A stretch of DNA of 64,000 bases from the NCBI GenBank assembly GCA_902792295.1, contig CADAZC010000002.1:2803-66802 (forward strand), written 5' to 3'. This DNA comes from an uncultured Eubacteriales bacterium (GTDB lineage: Bacteria; Bacillota; Clostridia; Christensenellales; CAG-138). A program made the position numbers and the translations under genes. Below, one piece after another: positions 9,282 through 20,009 of this stretch (the first letter of the stretch is position 1; each line of letters starts with the position of its first letter). The notes under the pieces are model-generated. The model saw nothing but the letters and a program-made list of their open reading frames with translations, had not been told where the DNA came from and searched no databases.

Positions 9282-10318
9282 AGACGGAAGTGATCTCAAC
9301 GGTCCGCAAAGAAGACGCCGGAACGCAGCTCGGCGCGGAGCTGATCCAAAACGGCGAGCTTGTCGCGTTTCCCACGGAAACGGTTTACGGACTCGGTGCA
9401 AACGGCATGGACGGAGAGGCGGTCAACCGGATCTTCGAAGCAAAGGGACGTCCGAACGATAATCCGCTGATCCTGCACATTGCGAAAAAAAGCGACGTGA
9501 AGTTTCTGTGGGCGCACGTGCCGAAGCTCGCGAACACGCTGATGGACACGTTCTGGCCCGGTCCCCTCACGTTGATCTTCAACAAGGCGGACGAGGTCCC
9601 GTACGAGGTCACGGCGGGGCTCGAGACCGTCGCGGTGCGTATGCCTTCGGACAAGACCGCGCGGCTTCTGATCCAGAAATCGGGCGTTCCGATCGCCGCC
9701 CCGAGCGCGAACCGCTCCGGCAGACCGAGCCCGACGACGGCGCAGCACGTTCTTGCGGACATGGACGGGCGGATCCCGCTGATTCTGGACGGCGGTCCCT
9801 GCAAATACGGCGTGGAATCCACGGTGCTTTCGCTTGTCGGCGAGCCGACGATCCTGCGTCCGGGCGCGGTGACGCGCGAAATGCTCGAAGCGGTCATCGG
9901 ACCGGTGCGTCTTGCGCCGAGCATTCTGAATCCGCTCGGCGAGCGCGAGGTCGCGGCGTCGCCCGGCATGAAGTACAAGCACTACGCGCCGGACGCCGAG
10001 GTGCATGTGGTGGAGGGCGAACCGAAAGCCGCGGCAAAGCGCATCCGTTCGCTGTATTACGAATACGAAGCGGAGGGGAAGACCGTCGCGATCCTCGGCA
10101 CGGAGCAGACGATCGCATCGTACCGGAACCTGAACGCCTATTCGCTCGGCGACCGGGAGGAACCGGAAACGCTCTGCGCAAATCTGTTCCGGCTGCTGCG
10201 CGACGTCGGCGCGAGCTGCGACGTGATCCTTGCGGAGGGCGTCGATACGGCGAACACCGGGCTTGCGTTTATGAACCGCCTTTTGCGCGCCGCCGGTTTT
10301 TCGCACGAAACGGTGTGA
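9278..10318 (+). CDS. tsaC: L-threonylcarbamoyladenylate synthase, long Sua5/YwlC type
   Basis: 346 aa. The YrdC domain shows VAFPTETVYGLGAN and APSANRSGRPSPT, and a C-terminal Sua5 domain follows. It occupies the same position as B. subtilis ywlC. Confidence 0.9.
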   Translation: MKTEVISTVRKEDAGTQLGAELIQNGELVAFPTETVYGLGANGMDGEAVNRIFEAKGRPNDNPLILHIAKKSDVKFLWAHVPKLANTLMDTFWPGPLTLIFNKADEVPYEVTAGLETVAVRMPSDKTARLLIQKSGVPIAAPSANRSGRPSPTTAQHVLADMDGRIPLILDGGPCKYGVESTVLSLVGEPTILRPGAVTREMLEAVIGPVRLAPSILNPLGEREVAASPGMKYKHYAPDAEVHVVEGEPKAAAKRIRSLYYEYEAEGKTVAILGTEQTIASYRNLNAYSLGDREEPETLCANLFRLLRDVGASCDVILAEGVDTANTGLAFMNRLLRAAGFSHETV

Positions 10319-10354
10319 ACCGGTCCGGGATACGAAAAAAGTTGTTTTCGCCCC

Positions 10355-10383
10355 TATACAAACGGGGGGTGATTTGATATAAT
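10355..10383 (+). promoter_or_regulatory. Sigma-A-type promoter candidate with extended -10 (TATACA-17-TGaTATAAT) upstream of rpiB
   Basis: Sequence pattern about 35 nt upstream of the rpiB ATG, which has the SD GGAGGGGG. Confidence 0.4.
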
Positions 10384-10417
10384 AAATGAAAATGATCGGA
10401 GGGGGTTACGAGCATCT

Positions 10418-10870
10418 ATGAAACTTTCTATCGGATCCGACCACGGCGGATATGCATATAAAGAAGCCGTAAAAGAACATCTCCTATCGCAGGGACATGA
10501 AGTGATCGACTGCGGCTGCTTCGGCACCGAGAGCGTCGACTACCCGGAATTCGGCATTAAAGCGGCAGAACTTGTACGCGACGGAGAAGTCGATCGCGGC
10601 ATCGTCATCTGCACGACCGGCATCGGCATGTCCATCGCCGCGAACAAGGTCCGCGGCATTCGCTGCGCGCTTTGCGGCGATCTGAAGTCTGCGGAAATGA
10701 CAAGAAGACACAACGATTCAAATGTTTTGGCAATGGGAGCGGGAATTATTCCGCTCTCTTTGGCATTGGAAATCACGGACAAGTGGCTTTCGACCGAGTT
10801 TGAAGGCGGAAGACACGCAAGAAGAATCGGAATTATTACCGCTTATGAGGCGGGGAAGGAGCAAGTATGA
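10418..10870 (+). CDS. rpiB: Ribose-5-phosphate isomerase B
   Basis: 150 aa: [16 protein letters not shown]...[24 protein letters not shown], a RpiB/LacAB family signature. Confidence 0.92.
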   Translation: MKLSIGSDHGGYAYKEAVKEHLLSQGHEVIDCGCFGTESVDYPEFGIKAAELVRDGEVDRGIVICTTGIGMSIAANKVRGIRCALCGDLKSAEMTRRHNDSNVLAMGAGIIPLSLALEITDKWLSTEFEGGRHARRIGIITAYEAGKEQV

Positions 10871-11493
10871 AAGTAACCGTTATTGACCATCCTCTCGTAC
10901 AGCACAAGCTGTCCAGACTGCGCGACAAGAACACGAGCAACAAGGAATTCCGCGAGCTCGTCAGCGAACTTGCAATGCTGATGTGCTACGAGGTCACGCG
11001 CGATCTTCCGCTCGTCGATGCGGAGATTGAAACGCCGATCTGCAAGAGCACGTTCAAAGTGCTTGCGAACGAAAAGATCGCAATCGTGCCGATCCTCAGA
11101 GCAGGTCTCGGCATGGCGGACGGCATGATGAACATGATCCCGAATGCCAAGATGGGACATATCGGCATGTACCGCAATCCCGACACGCTGAAGCCCACCA
11201 GCTACTACTGCAAGCTTCCGTACGACATTGAAGAGCGCGACGCGATCCTGGTCGACCCGATGCTGGCAACCGGCAACTCCGCGATCGAGGGCATCCGCGT
11301 GCTCAAAGAGGGCGGCGCAAAGAGCATCCGTCTCGTGAACCTGCTGGCGGCGCCCGAGGGCATCGAAGCGATCCGCAAGGTCTATGACGACGTTGACATC
11401 TATGTCGCATGCATCGATGAAAAGCTGAACGATCACGGCTACATCGTTCCGGGTCTCGGCGACGCGGGCGACCGTCTGTTCGGCACGAAATAA
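10867..11493 (+). CDS. upp: Uracil phosphoribosyltransferase
   Basis: 208 aa with [14 protein letters not shown] at the N-terminus, the PRPP loop [11 protein letters not shown] and C-terminal [17 protein letters not shown]. Confidence 0.95.
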   Translation: MKVTVIDHPLVQHKLSRLRDKNTSNKEFRELVSELAMLMCYEVTRDLPLVDAEIETPICKSTFKVLANEKIAIVPILRAGLGMADGMMNMIPNAKMGHIGMYRNPDTLKPTSYYCKLPYDIEERDAILVDPMLATGNSAIEGIRVLKEGGAKSIRLVNLLAAPEGIEAIRKVYDDVDIYVACIDEKLNDHGYIVPGLGDAGDRLFGTK

Positions 11494-11513
11494 GCATTCA
11501 AACGGAGAAGAGT

Positions 11514-11828
11514 ATGACGAGTATCATGGAACGGATCGCTGAAGCGGAGACCCGTGCCGACGCGATTCTCGAAGAAGCAAACCGCACGGCGAGAGAGCTT
11601 GTCGCAAAGACCAAAACCGAAGCGGAGGACGCGATCGCCGCTGCGGCGGAATCTCAGCGGGCACATACCGTCGAGATTCTTCAGCAGGCACAGACAGACG
11701 GCGAAGCGATCGCCGCCGAAGTGACGGAGCGGGCGAAATCCGAAACCGACAAGCTAATCGGCGAGGCGGAGAAAAATGTTCCCGAAGCGGTTGCATATTT
11801 GATGGAAAGGATTGAAGCAACGGTATGA
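11514..11828 (+). CDS. V-type ATPase small peripheral-stalk subunit (G/H-like; position of E. hirae ntpF)
   Basis: 104-aa Ala/Glu/Lys-rich predicted coiled coil. It is the first gene of the V-ATPase operon and its stop overlaps the subunit I start. It is assigned by position and composition only. Confidence 0.6.
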   Translation: MTSIMERIAEAETRADAILEEANRTARELVAKTKTEAEDAIAAAAESQRAHTVEILQQAQTDGEAIAAEVTERAKSETDKLIGEAEKNVPEAVAYLMERIEATV

Positions 11829-13813
11829 TCGTATCGATGAAGCGCCTGTCTTTGGTCGCGCTGAAATCGGATCAGGACGCAATTCTCAATGCGCTGCAGG
11901 AAGCCGGAACGGTGGAGATCATCAAGCTCGCCGACGGCGACGTGCAGAGCGGGGATGCGGACACGGTCAACGCGCGCATTCAAAGACTTGCCGAATCCAT
12001 CAACGCCGTCAAGCCGTACGCGAAGAAGCCCGGTTTTTTAAGTCCGCAGAAGCGTGAAATGAAGCTTTCGGACATGCGTGAATACGTGCCGAAAGCGGAG
12101 CAGACGACGAACGAGATCGAAGAACTGACGCATACGCAGGCACGCCTTCTGTCGGAACGGGAGAAGGCGGTTTCGACGCGCGAAGCGCTGGAACCGTGGG
12201 AGGCGATGACCGTGCCGATGGATACGGTCAAAAACACGCCGCGCGTGCACTATTTCATCGGACTTCTCGCTTCGAAGGACGTGGAGCGCGTACGTGAGCA
12301 GGAGTATCTGGAAGCGGAGTTTATGAACGAAAGCGCGACCGTTCCGACGATTCTCGCCTGCAAAGAGGATGATACGCGCATTGTGCAGAACTTCCTGAAG
12401 ACGGTCGAATGGCAGGACTACGTATTTCCGAAACTGCCGGGAACGCCGCGGGAAGCGATCGAATCGCTGAACCGGAGGATCGCCGAGATCGACGGGGAAT
12501 ACGACGCAGCGCAGAAGGAACTCGAAGCGCGCGGCGAAACGATCGAGACGCTGCAGAACGCGCTGGATGCGGAAACGATCGACGCGGACCGTCTGTCGGC
12601 AAACAATGACCTTTCCTATACGGCGCATGCATTTGTGCTGGAGGGATGGGTCCGTGACGACGAGGTCGAAAAGACCGAACAGGCGATCAAAAACGTGACG
12701 GAAGCGTACAGCTTTGAAGTACGGGATCCGGTCGAAGGCGAGGAGCCGCCGTCGGTTGTGAAGAACAACCGGTTCGTAAAGCCGTTCGAGGAGGTGCAGA
12801 CGCTGTATTCGCGTCCCACCTACGGCACGATCGACGGAACGCCGTACATGACGCCGTTCTATATCCTGCTGTTCGGACTGATGCTTTCCGATACGGGCTA
12901 CGGCATCCTGCTGATGCTCGGCACGCTGCTCTACATCAAAAAGAAAAAACCGACCGGCATGAGCGCGGGCATTTCCCGCGTGCTGTTCTGGGGCGGGCTC
13001 TCCACGATCGTATGGGGCGTTCTCTGCGGTTCGTTCTTCGGCATCACAAAAACGTCGGCGTCCACGATCGAGGTCGGCGGCGTATTCAGTCAGATCTCCA
13101 TGTTCTTTGAAAAGCTCGGGATCTTCCCGGCGCTGCTCGATCCGATGCAGAATTCCATGGTAATGCTCGGGCTGTGCTTCGGGCTCGGCGTTCTGCATAT
13201 CGTTGCGGGATACATCGTCGGCGCAATCGACAGGTTCTCGAAAGGCGATTGGAAAAGCGCGATCTTCGATCAGATCTCCTGGGTGCTGATTACGCTCGGG
13301 CTGGTCGTCGGCTTCCTTCCGGCGATCGCCGGAATGGCGGGCATGTCGGTTACTCTTCCGAAGTCCGTTACGATGCCCGCGCTGATCGCCGCAGGCGTCG
13401 GCGCTTTGATGGTCGTTCTGTTCAAGGGCAGAGAGAAGAGAAACATTCTGAAACGCATGATGAGCGGGCTCGGCGGACTCTATGACGTCACGAGCGTTCT
13501 GGCGGACATCCTGTCCTATGCGCGTCTGTTCGCGCTCGGAATCGCAACCGGCGTCATCGGGCAGGTCTTCAACATGCTCTGCGGCATGCTGGCGAGCGCA
13601 TCGAACCCCGTGATGAAGATCGTCGGCGCGATCGGCAGCATCGTTCTGCTCGTGCTTCTGCATACGTTCAATGTCGCGATCAACGCGCTCGGCGCGTTCG
13701 TGCACTGCGCAAGACTGCAGTACGTCGAGTTCTACGGCAAGTTCTACGAATCCGGCGGAAAGGAATTCCGTCCGCTTTCATACAACACCAAACACGTTCA
13801 GGTAACAAAGTAA
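11825..13813 (+). CDS. ntpI: V-type ATP synthase subunit I (a-subunit homolog)
   Basis: 662 aa. An N-terminal soluble coiled-coil half is followed by a C-terminal multi-TM half containing the conserved Arg region ILSYARLFALGIATG. Confidence 0.9.
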   Translation: MIVSMKRLSLVALKSDQDAILNALQEAGTVEIIKLADGDVQSGDADTVNARIQRLAESINAVKPYAKKPGFLSPQKREMKLSDMREYVPKAEQTTNEIEELTHTQARLLSEREKAVSTREALEPWEAMTVPMDTVKNTPRVHYFIGLLASKDVERVREQEYLEAEFMNESATVPTILACKEDDTRIVQNFLKTVEWQDYVFPKLPGTPREAIESLNRRIAEIDGEYDAAQKELEARGETIETLQNALDAETIDADRLSANNDLSYTAHAFVLEGWVRDDEVEKTEQAIKNVTEAYSFEVRDPVEGEEPPSVVKNNRFVKPFEEVQTLYSRPTYGTIDGTPYMTPFYILLFGLMLSDTGYGILLMLGTLLYIKKKKPTGMSAGISRVLFWGGLSTIVWGVLCGSFFGITKTSASTIEVGGVFSQISMFFEKLGIFPALLDPMQNSMVMLGLCFGLGVLHIVAGYIVGAIDRFSKGDWKSAIFDQISWVLITLGLVVGFLPAIAGMAGMSVTLPKSVTMPALIAAGVGALMVVLFKGREKRNILKRMMSGLGGLYDVTSVLADILSYARLFALGIATGVIGQVFNMLCGMLASASNPVMKIVGAIGSIVLLVLLHTFNVAINALGAFVHCARLQYVEFYGKFYESGGKEFRPLSYNTKHVQVTK

Positions 13814-13844
13814 AATCTATAATGGAAAAGGAGAAACTAACAAC

Positions 13845-14327
13845 ATGAATTGGGGTGCAATTTGGGCGACCGCCGGTGCGGTCATTGCAGCATTATTGGC
13901 AGGTATCGGTTCCGCGATCGGCGTCGGTATCACGGGTCAGGCGTCCGCGGGCGTCGTTTCCGAGAATCCGGATCTCTCCGGTAAGTGCCTGCTTCTTCAG
14001 CTCCTTCCCGGTACGCAGGGCATCTACGGTCTGCTGATTGCAATCGTCATCATGAGCAACTCCGGCTTGATGGGCGATGCGGCAAAGCTGGCTGCGCTGG
14101 AAGCAAATACGGCGCTCGGCGTCCGTTTCTTCCTGGCGGGTCTTCCCATTGCGTTCGGCGGTCTTCTGTCCGCGCTTTATCAGGGCAAGGTTGCCGTTGC
14201 AGGCATCAACATGGTAGCAAAGAAGCCCACCGAAAGCGGTAAGGGCATGGTCATGGCGATCATGGTCGAGACCTACGCGGTTCTGTCCCTGCTCATTTCC
14301 TTCCTCCTCGTCAACAGCATTTTATAA
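13845..14327 (+). CDS. ntpK: V-type ATP synthase subunit K (16-kDa double-hairpin proteolipid)
   Basis: 160 aa with 4 TM segments. It aligns by eye to E. hirae NtpK: LLQLLPGTQGIYGLLIA, LPIAFGGLLSALYQGKVAVAGI, AIMVETYAVLSLLISFLLV. Confidence 0.92.
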   Translation: MNWGAIWATAGAVIAALLAGIGSAIGVGITGQASAGVVSENPDLSGKCLLLQLLPGTQGIYGLLIAIVIMSNSGLMGDAAKLAALEANTALGVRFFLAGLPIAFGGLLSALYQGKVAVAGINMVAKKPTESGKGMVMAIMVETYAVLSLLISFLLVNSIL

Positions 14328-14342
14328 GAAACGAGGCACGGT

Positions 14343-14915
14343 ATGGGAAACGAGAATGCAGCAAACCTCATCGACAGGATCTTGGCGGACGCAAAAGAAG
14401 CGGCCGCGAAGGTGCTTGCCGACGCAGAGGCCTCCGCAAGCGGCATCCGTAAATCCCGGGACGAAGAGATCGCAAAGAAAGCCGAGCAGGTCGAAAAGGA
14501 ACGCGAGCAGCAGATTTCCGTTATTCTGAACGGCTGCCGCACGCGCGCCGAGCTCGACGGACGCAAGGACACCCTCCGCGCAAAGCGCGCGCTGCTGGAC
14601 GGCGTGTTTGCCGAAACCTACGCAAGAATGCTTGCGCTGGCGACGGACAGACGGGAAGCCCTGTTCCTTTCGGTCCTCGAAAAGGAAGCGAAGGCGAACG
14701 ATACCGTGATGCCGGCGAAAGTGGATCGCGCGGTGATCGAGCATGCGGCGAAGAAACTGCCGTTCCGCGTCAAGGTATCCGATCGGGATGCAGAGGCGGA
14801 GGCGGGCTTTGTTCTGTTCGGCGACGGGTATGAAAAAGACTGCTCCATGAAAGCGATCTTAAGAGAACTTCGCGACGCGGAAGAAACGAATGTCGCAAAG
14901 ATTCTATTTCGGTAA
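14343..14915 (+). CDS. ntpE: V-type ATP synthase subunit E
   Basis: 190 aa. A charged N-terminal coiled coil is followed by a globular C-terminus. The position between K and C matches the ntp operon. Confidence 0.8.
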   Translation: MGNENAANLIDRILADAKEAAAKVLADAEASASGIRKSRDEEIAKKAEQVEKEREQQISVILNGCRTRAELDGRKDTLRAKRALLDGVFAETYARMLALATDRREALFLSVLEKEAKANDTVMPAKVDRAVIEHAAKKLPFRVKVSDRDAEAEAGFVLFGDGYEKDCSMKAILRELRDAEETNVAKILFR

Positions 14916-14929
14916 GAGAGGAGAGGACT

Positions 14930-15919
14930 ATGCCGCAACCGAGTTACGCATACGCATGTGCGAGACTGTCCGCGCTGAATAAACGGCTCATCGAGCCGCA
15001 GACGATCCAGCGCATGCTGGACGGTTCCGCTTCGGATGCGATGCGCGCGCTGTCCGACGTTCGCTACGGCAATCTTTCCGACGCGACGGAAGCGGACATT
15101 GAGCGTATGATTGAGCGGGAAATGAGCGATGCCATGCAGGAGGTCCGGGAGCTTTCTCCGAACCCCGATGTCACCGATCTGTTCCTGCTGCGCGCGGACG
15201 TGCAGAACCTCAAGGTGCTCTTAAAGGCGCGGCTTTTGAATCAAACCGACGTTTCGTTCACGCCGGGCGGATTGTTCGATCGGGAAACGCTGACCGCAAT
15301 GGTCAAGGAGCGCCAGTACGACGCTCTGCCGAAGGAACTTCGGGACGCGCTGGACGCGCTGGAAAAGCGGCTGGAGATCCGCGTGGAACCGCGGGACATC
15401 TCGATTGCGCTCGACCGCGCGTATCTTGCGCACGCGCTGAAACAGTCCGCGAAGCATCCGGTCTTCTCGCAGTATTTCCGCGCCCAGGCGGATTTCGACA
15501 ATGTGCTGACGTTTCTGCGTCTCCGCGCAATGGGCGCGTCGATCGAAACGCTTGACGAGGTCATTCTGCCTGAGGGCGGCGTGCGTTATGAGGACCTGTA
15601 TAACGCTTACGAGTTTTCGTTCGATTCGCTGAACCGCATCCTCGGCAGAAGCGTTTGTCCGAACGCACTGCTTTCCGGGCTGAACGCGATGCAGCGCACG
15701 GGCAGCATTGCCGAAGTCGAAAAAGCGCGGGACAATTATCTGGTGTCGCTGCTTTCGGAGCACAAATACGAAAACGAATCCATCTACCCGATTATCGGCT
15801 ATTATCTTGCGAAGGAGCGCGAGGGCAGGGCGGTGCGCCTTATCGTGACGGGCAAGCGCAACGGTCTTTCCGACAGCGTGATTCGCGAAAGGTTGGTGAA
15901 GCTGTATGGCGAACGGTAA
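14930..15919 (+). CDS. ntpC: V-type ATP synthase subunit C (eukaryotic d homolog)
   Basis: 329 aa, helical. The N-terminus YAYACARLSALNKRLIE is typical of bacterial V-type subunit C, and the operon position agrees. Confidence 0.8.
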   Translation: MPQPSYAYACARLSALNKRLIEPQTIQRMLDGSASDAMRALSDVRYGNLSDATEADIERMIEREMSDAMQEVRELSPNPDVTDLFLLRADVQNLKVLLKARLLNQTDVSFTPGGLFDRETLTAMVKERQYDALPKELRDALDALEKRLEIRVEPRDISIALDRAYLAHALKQSAKHPVFSQYFRAQADFDNVLTFLRLRAMGASIETLDEVILPEGGVRYEDLYNAYEFSFDSLNRILGRSVCPNALLSGLNAMQRTGSIAEVEKARDNYLVSLLSEHKYENESIYPIIGYYLAKEREGRAVRLIVTGKRNGLSDSVIRERLVKLYGER

Positions 15920-16229
15920 ATGCGCGGTCATCGGCGACCGTGATTCCATTCTGCTGTTCAAGGCGGTCGGGATTGAGGTTTATGCCGTTACGGACGGCGA
16001 ACAGGCGAATAAGACGCTGCACCGTCTTGCGCGAACCGGCTACGGCGTCGTGTATGTGACGGAGACGTATTATCCCGCGTGCGAGGAAACGATCCTCGAG
16101 TTTCAGGGCGAGCCGTATCCGGCGATCATTCCGATCCCGGACGTGTCCGGAACGCAGGGGATCGGCATGCGCGCAATAAAGGAAAACGTCGAAAAAGCGG
16201 TCGGCTTGGATATTTTGAGCAATTCATAA
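15906..16229 (+). CDS. ntpG: V-type ATP synthase subunit F (E. hirae NtpG)
   Basis: 107 aa: [24 protein letters not shown]...VVYVTE...YPAIIPIP, the subunit F pattern. It overlaps the subunit C stop. Confidence 0.8.
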   Translation: MANGKCAVIGDRDSILLFKAVGIEVYAVTDGEQANKTLHRLARTGYGVVYVTETYYPACEETILEFQGEPYPAIIPIPDVSGTQGIGMRAIKENVEKAVGLDILSNS

Positions 16230-16242
16230 CAGGAGAAAGAGT

Positions 16243-18006
16243 ATGCAAGGTACTATCGTAAAGGTTTCGGGGCCGTTGATCGTTGCGAGCGGAATGGCGG
16301 ACGTGCAGATGTTCGACGTCGTCCGTGTTTCCGAAAAGCATCTGATCGGCGAAGTCATCGAATTGCGCGAGGATAAGGCATCCATTCAGGTTTATGAGGA
16401 GACCGGCGGCATCGGTCCCGGCGAACCGGTTTATTCGACCGGCGCGCCGCTTTCCGTCGAGCTTGCCCCGGGTCTCATCGAATCCATCTACGACGGGATC
16501 CAGCGTCCGCTGAACAAGATCCGCGAGCAGGCGGGCGACCGCATTACGCGCGGCATCACCGTCGATTCTCTGGATCACGAAAAGCTCTGGCACTTCGTTC
16601 CGGTCGCAAAGGTCGGCGACGAGGTCACGGGCGGCGATGTGCTCGGCACCGTGCAGGAGACCGAGGCGGTCCTCCATAAGATCATGGTTCCGCCGAACGT
16701 GAGCGGGACGCTTTCCTGGATCTTCGAGGGCGATGCGAACATCGTCACGCCGATCGCGAAGGTCGAAAAGGACGGAAAGACCGTCGAGCTTCCGATGCTG
16801 CAGAAATGGCCCGTCCGTAAGGGAAGACCGTATGCGGAAAAGCTCGCGCCGAACGAACCCATGGTCACCGGTCAGCGCGTCATCGATACGCTGTTCCCGG
16901 TCGCAAAGGGCGGCGTTGCGGCGGTTCCCGGTCCGTTCGGAAGCGGCAAAACGGTCGTGCAGCACCAGCTCGCGAAGTGGGCGGACGCGGACATCATCGT
17001 ATACGTCGGCTGCGGCGAACGCGGCAACGAGATGACCGACGTTCTGATGGAGTTCCCGGAACTCAAGGACCCGCGCACAGGGCTGTCGCTGATGAAGCGC
17101 ACCGTTTTGATCGCGAACACGTCCGATATGCCGGTCGCGGCGCGCGAGGCGTCCATTTACACGGGCATTACGATCGCGGAATACTTCCGCGACATGGGAT
17201 ATAAGGTCGCGATCATGGCGGACTCGACAAGCCGCTGGGCGGAGGCGCTCCGCGAAATGTCCGGCCGTCTTGAAGAGATGCCCGGTGAAGAAGGGTATCC
17301 CGCGTATCTTTCCTCCCGCCTTGCAGAGTTCTATGAGCGCGCGGGCAGCGTAAAGACGCTCGGCAGCGAGGGCAGGACCGGTGCGGTCACGGCGATCGGC
17401 GCAGTTTCCCCTCCGGGCGGCGATATTTCCGAACCCGTTTCGCAGGCGACGCTGCGTATCGTCAAGGTTTACTGGGGACTTTCCTCCAAACTGGCGTACG
17501 CGCGTCACTTCCCGGCGATCGACTGGCTGCAGTCGTATTCGCTGTATCAGGATCGCCTGTCTCCGTGGTTCAACCATGAGGTCAACAGCGAATGGTCGAA
17601 CCTCGTTTCCCGCACCATGCATCTTCTGCAGGTCGAGAGCGAGCTCGACGAGATCGTTCGTCTGGTCGGTATCGACGCGCTGTCCTTCAGGGATCGTCTG
17701 ACGCTTGAAGCGGCGCGCAGCATCCGTGAGGACTATCTGCATCAGAACGCGTTCCACGAGGTCGACACGTACACCTCGCCGAAAAAGCAGTTCATGATGC
17801 TGAAAGCGATCATGACCAACTATGAAAAGAATCTGGAAGCGCTCGACAAGGACGCATCCTTCCGCGAGCTCCTGGCGCTGCCGGTTCGTGAGCGCATCGG
17901 CAGACTGAAATACGTGCCCGAAGCGGAAGCGGAGACAGAGTACAACGCGATCATGAAGGATATGACCGAACAGATCACGGCGCTGACGGAAGGAGGACAG
18001 TTCTGA
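16243..18006 (+). CDS. ntpA: V-type ATP synthase catalytic subunit A
   Basis: 587 aa with Walker [13 protein letters not shown], the non-homologous insert typical of A subunits, and [14 protein letters not shown]. Confidence 0.95.
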   Translation: MQGTIVKVSGPLIVASGMADVQMFDVVRVSEKHLIGEVIELREDKASIQVYEETGGIGPGEPVYSTGAPLSVELAPGLIESIYDGIQRPLNKIREQAGDRITRGITVDSLDHEKLWHFVPVAKVGDEVTGGDVLGTVQETEAVLHKIMVPPNVSGTLSWIFEGDANIVTPIAKVEKDGKTVELPMLQKWPVRKGRPYAEKLAPNEPMVTGQRVIDTLFPVAKGGVAAVPGPFGSGKTVVQHQLAKWADADIIVYVGCGERGNEMTDVLMEFPELKDPRTGLSLMKRTVLIANTSDMPVAAREASIYTGITIAEYFRDMGYKVAIMADSTSRWAEALREMSGRLEEMPGEEGYPAYLSSRLAEFYERAGSVKTLGSEGRTGAVTAIGAVSPPGGDISEPVSQATLRIVKVYWGLSSKLAYARHFPAIDWLQSYSLYQDRLSPWFNHEVNSEWSNLVSRTMHLLQVESELDEIVRLVGIDALSFRDRLTLEAARSIREDYLHQNAFHEVDTYTSPKKQFMMLKAIMTNYEKNLEALDKDASFRELLALPVRERIGRLKYVPEAEAETEYNAIMKDMTEQITALTEGGQF

Positions 18007-19379
18007 TGCGTAAAGAATACCGTACCATTTCCGAGGTCGTCGGCCCGCTGATGCTGGTAAAGGACGTCGAAGGCGTCAAATACGACGAGCTGGTCGAGAT
18101 TGAACAGGCGGACGGCGCGATCCGCCGCGGCCGTGTTCTGGAAATCAACGGCGATAAAGCGATGGTTCAGCTCTTCGAGGGCTCGCAGGGACTCCGCATT
18201 TCCGACAGCAAAGCGCGGTTTTTGGGTCACTCCATCGAGCTTGACGTCGCGCCCGATATGCTCGGCCGCGTCTTCGACGGCATGGGCAAGCCGAAGGACG
18301 GCGGTCCCGCGCTGATCGCGGAAAAGCATCTCGACATCAACGGCACGGCGATGAATCCCGCCGCGCGCGACTATCCGTCCGAGTTCATTCAGACGGGCAT
18401 CTCCGCGATCGACGGACTGAATACGCTCGTTCGCGGTCAGAAGTTGCCGGTGTTCTCCGGCAGCGGTCTTCCGCATGCGAACCTTGCGGCGCAGATCGCG
18501 CGTCAGGCGCGCGTGCTCGGCAGCGACGAGAAGTTCGCGGTCGTGTTCGCCGCGGTCGGCATCACGTTCGAGGAAGCGGACTTCTTCATCAACGATTTCC
18601 GTCAGACCGGCGCGATCGAGCGTACGGTGACGTTCATCAACCTGGCGAACGACCCGGCGATCGAGCGTATTTCCACGCCGCGTATGGCGATCACCGCCGC
18701 CGAATACCTTGCGTACGACCTCGGCATGCAGGTGCTTGTCATCATCACGGACATCACGAACTACGCGGAAGCGCTGCGTGAGGTCTCCGCTGCGCGTAAG
18801 GAGGTTCCCGGACGCCGCGGCTATCCCGGTTACATGTATACCGACCTTGCGACGATGTACGAGCGCGCGGGACGTATTCGCGGCAACAAGGGCTCGATCA
18901 CGATGATTCCGATCCTGTCCATGCCGGAGGACGACGTTACGCACCCGATTCCCGACCTCACCGGATACATCACCGAGGGGCAGATCATCCTGTCCCGCGA
19001 ACTGTACCGCAAGGGACTGACGCCGCCGATCAACGTTCTGCCGTCGCTGAGCCGTCTGAAGGACAAGGGCATCGGCAAGGGCAAAACACGCGAAGACCAT
19101 GCGGACACGATGAACCAGCTCTTCTCCGCGTATTCGCGCGGCAAGGACGCAAAGGAACTCGCGGTCATCCTGGGTGACGCGGCGCTGTCCGACACGGATA
19201 AGCTCTATGCGAAGTTTGCCGACGAGTTTGAGGCGAGATACGTTTCGCAGGGCTATTACACGAACCGCTCGATCGAGGAAACGCTGAATCTCGGCTGGGA
19301 GCTTCTGCGGATCCTGCCGAAGTCCGAGCTCAAGCGTATCAAGGACGTTTACATCGAAAAATACTACGAGGAGGCGTAA
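18006..19379 (+). CDS. ntpB: V-type ATP synthase subunit B
   Basis: 457 aa: [14 protein letters not shown]...[18 protein letters not shown]...[22 protein letters not shown]. Confidence 0.95.
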   Translation: MRKEYRTISEVVGPLMLVKDVEGVKYDELVEIEQADGAIRRGRVLEINGDKAMVQLFEGSQGLRISDSKARFLGHSIELDVAPDMLGRVFDGMGKPKDGGPALIAEKHLDINGTAMNPAARDYPSEFIQTGISAIDGLNTLVRGQKLPVFSGSGLPHANLAAQIARQARVLGSDEKFAVVFAAVGITFEEADFFINDFRQTGAIERTVTFINLANDPAIERISTPRMAITAAEYLAYDLGMQVLVIITDITNYAEALREVSAARKEVPGRRGYPGYMYTDLATMYERAGRIRGNKGSITMIPILSMPEDDVTHPIPDLTGYITEGQIILSRELYRKGLTPPINVLPSLSRLKDKGIGKGKTREDHADTMNQLFSAYSRGKDAKELAVILGDAALSDTDKLYAKFADEFEARYVSQGYYTNRSIEETLNLGWELLRILPKSELKRIKDVYIEKYYEEA

Positions 19380-19382
19380 GCC

Positions 19383-20009
19383 GTGGCTTTGCAGTATAAG
19401 CCCACGCGAATGGAGCTTTCGAACCTGAAGAAGCGCAGGACGGTCGCCATTCGCGGACACAAAATGATGAAGGATAAGCGTGACGAGCTCGTGCGACGCT
19501 TCATCGTTCTTGCGCGAAAGAACAAGGCGCTGCGTCTGGAAACCGAGAAAAAGCTCGGTGAGGCGATGCAGAACTTTGTGCTTGCCCGTGCGATGATGAG
19601 CGGAAACGAGATCGACGAAGCGCTGATGTATCCGGCGCGCGCGATCAAGGTCGATATGGCGAAGCAGAATATTCTGTCCATTCCGGTCCCGAAGCTCTCG
19701 ATGGAAACACAGGACGGTTTCGTTTATCCCTACGGCTTTGCCACGACCGGCGCCGATCTCGACGGCGCGGTGCAGGCGCTTGCGGAGATCCTTCCGCTGA
19801 TGCTGGAGCTGGCGGAGGTCGAAAAGGCAACGAGCCGTCTCGCGGACGAGATCGAAAAGACGCGCCGCCGCGTCAACGCGCTCGAATACGTCATGATCCC
19901 GCAGTTCGACGAAGCGATCCACAACATTCAGATGAAGCTTGAGGAAAACGAGCGCGGAAACACGTCGCGCCTCATGAAAACCAAAGAAATGCTCGCAAAG
20001 GAAGCATGA
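19383..20009 (+). CDS. ntpD: V-type ATP synthase subunit D
   Basis: 208 aa with a GTG start: KPTRMELSNLKKRRTVAIRGHKMMKDKRDEL...RRRVNALEYVMIPQ, the subunit D central-stalk signature. Confidence 0.9.
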   Translation: MALQYKPTRMELSNLKKRRTVAIRGHKMMKDKRDELVRRFIVLARKNKALRLETEKKLGEAMQNFVLARAMMSGNEIDEALMYPARAIKVDMAKQNILSIPVPKLSMETQDGFVYPYGFATTGADLDGAVQALAEILPLMLELAEVEKATSRLADEIEKTRRRVNALEYVMIPQFDEAIHNIQMKLEENERGNTSRLMKTKEMLAKEA

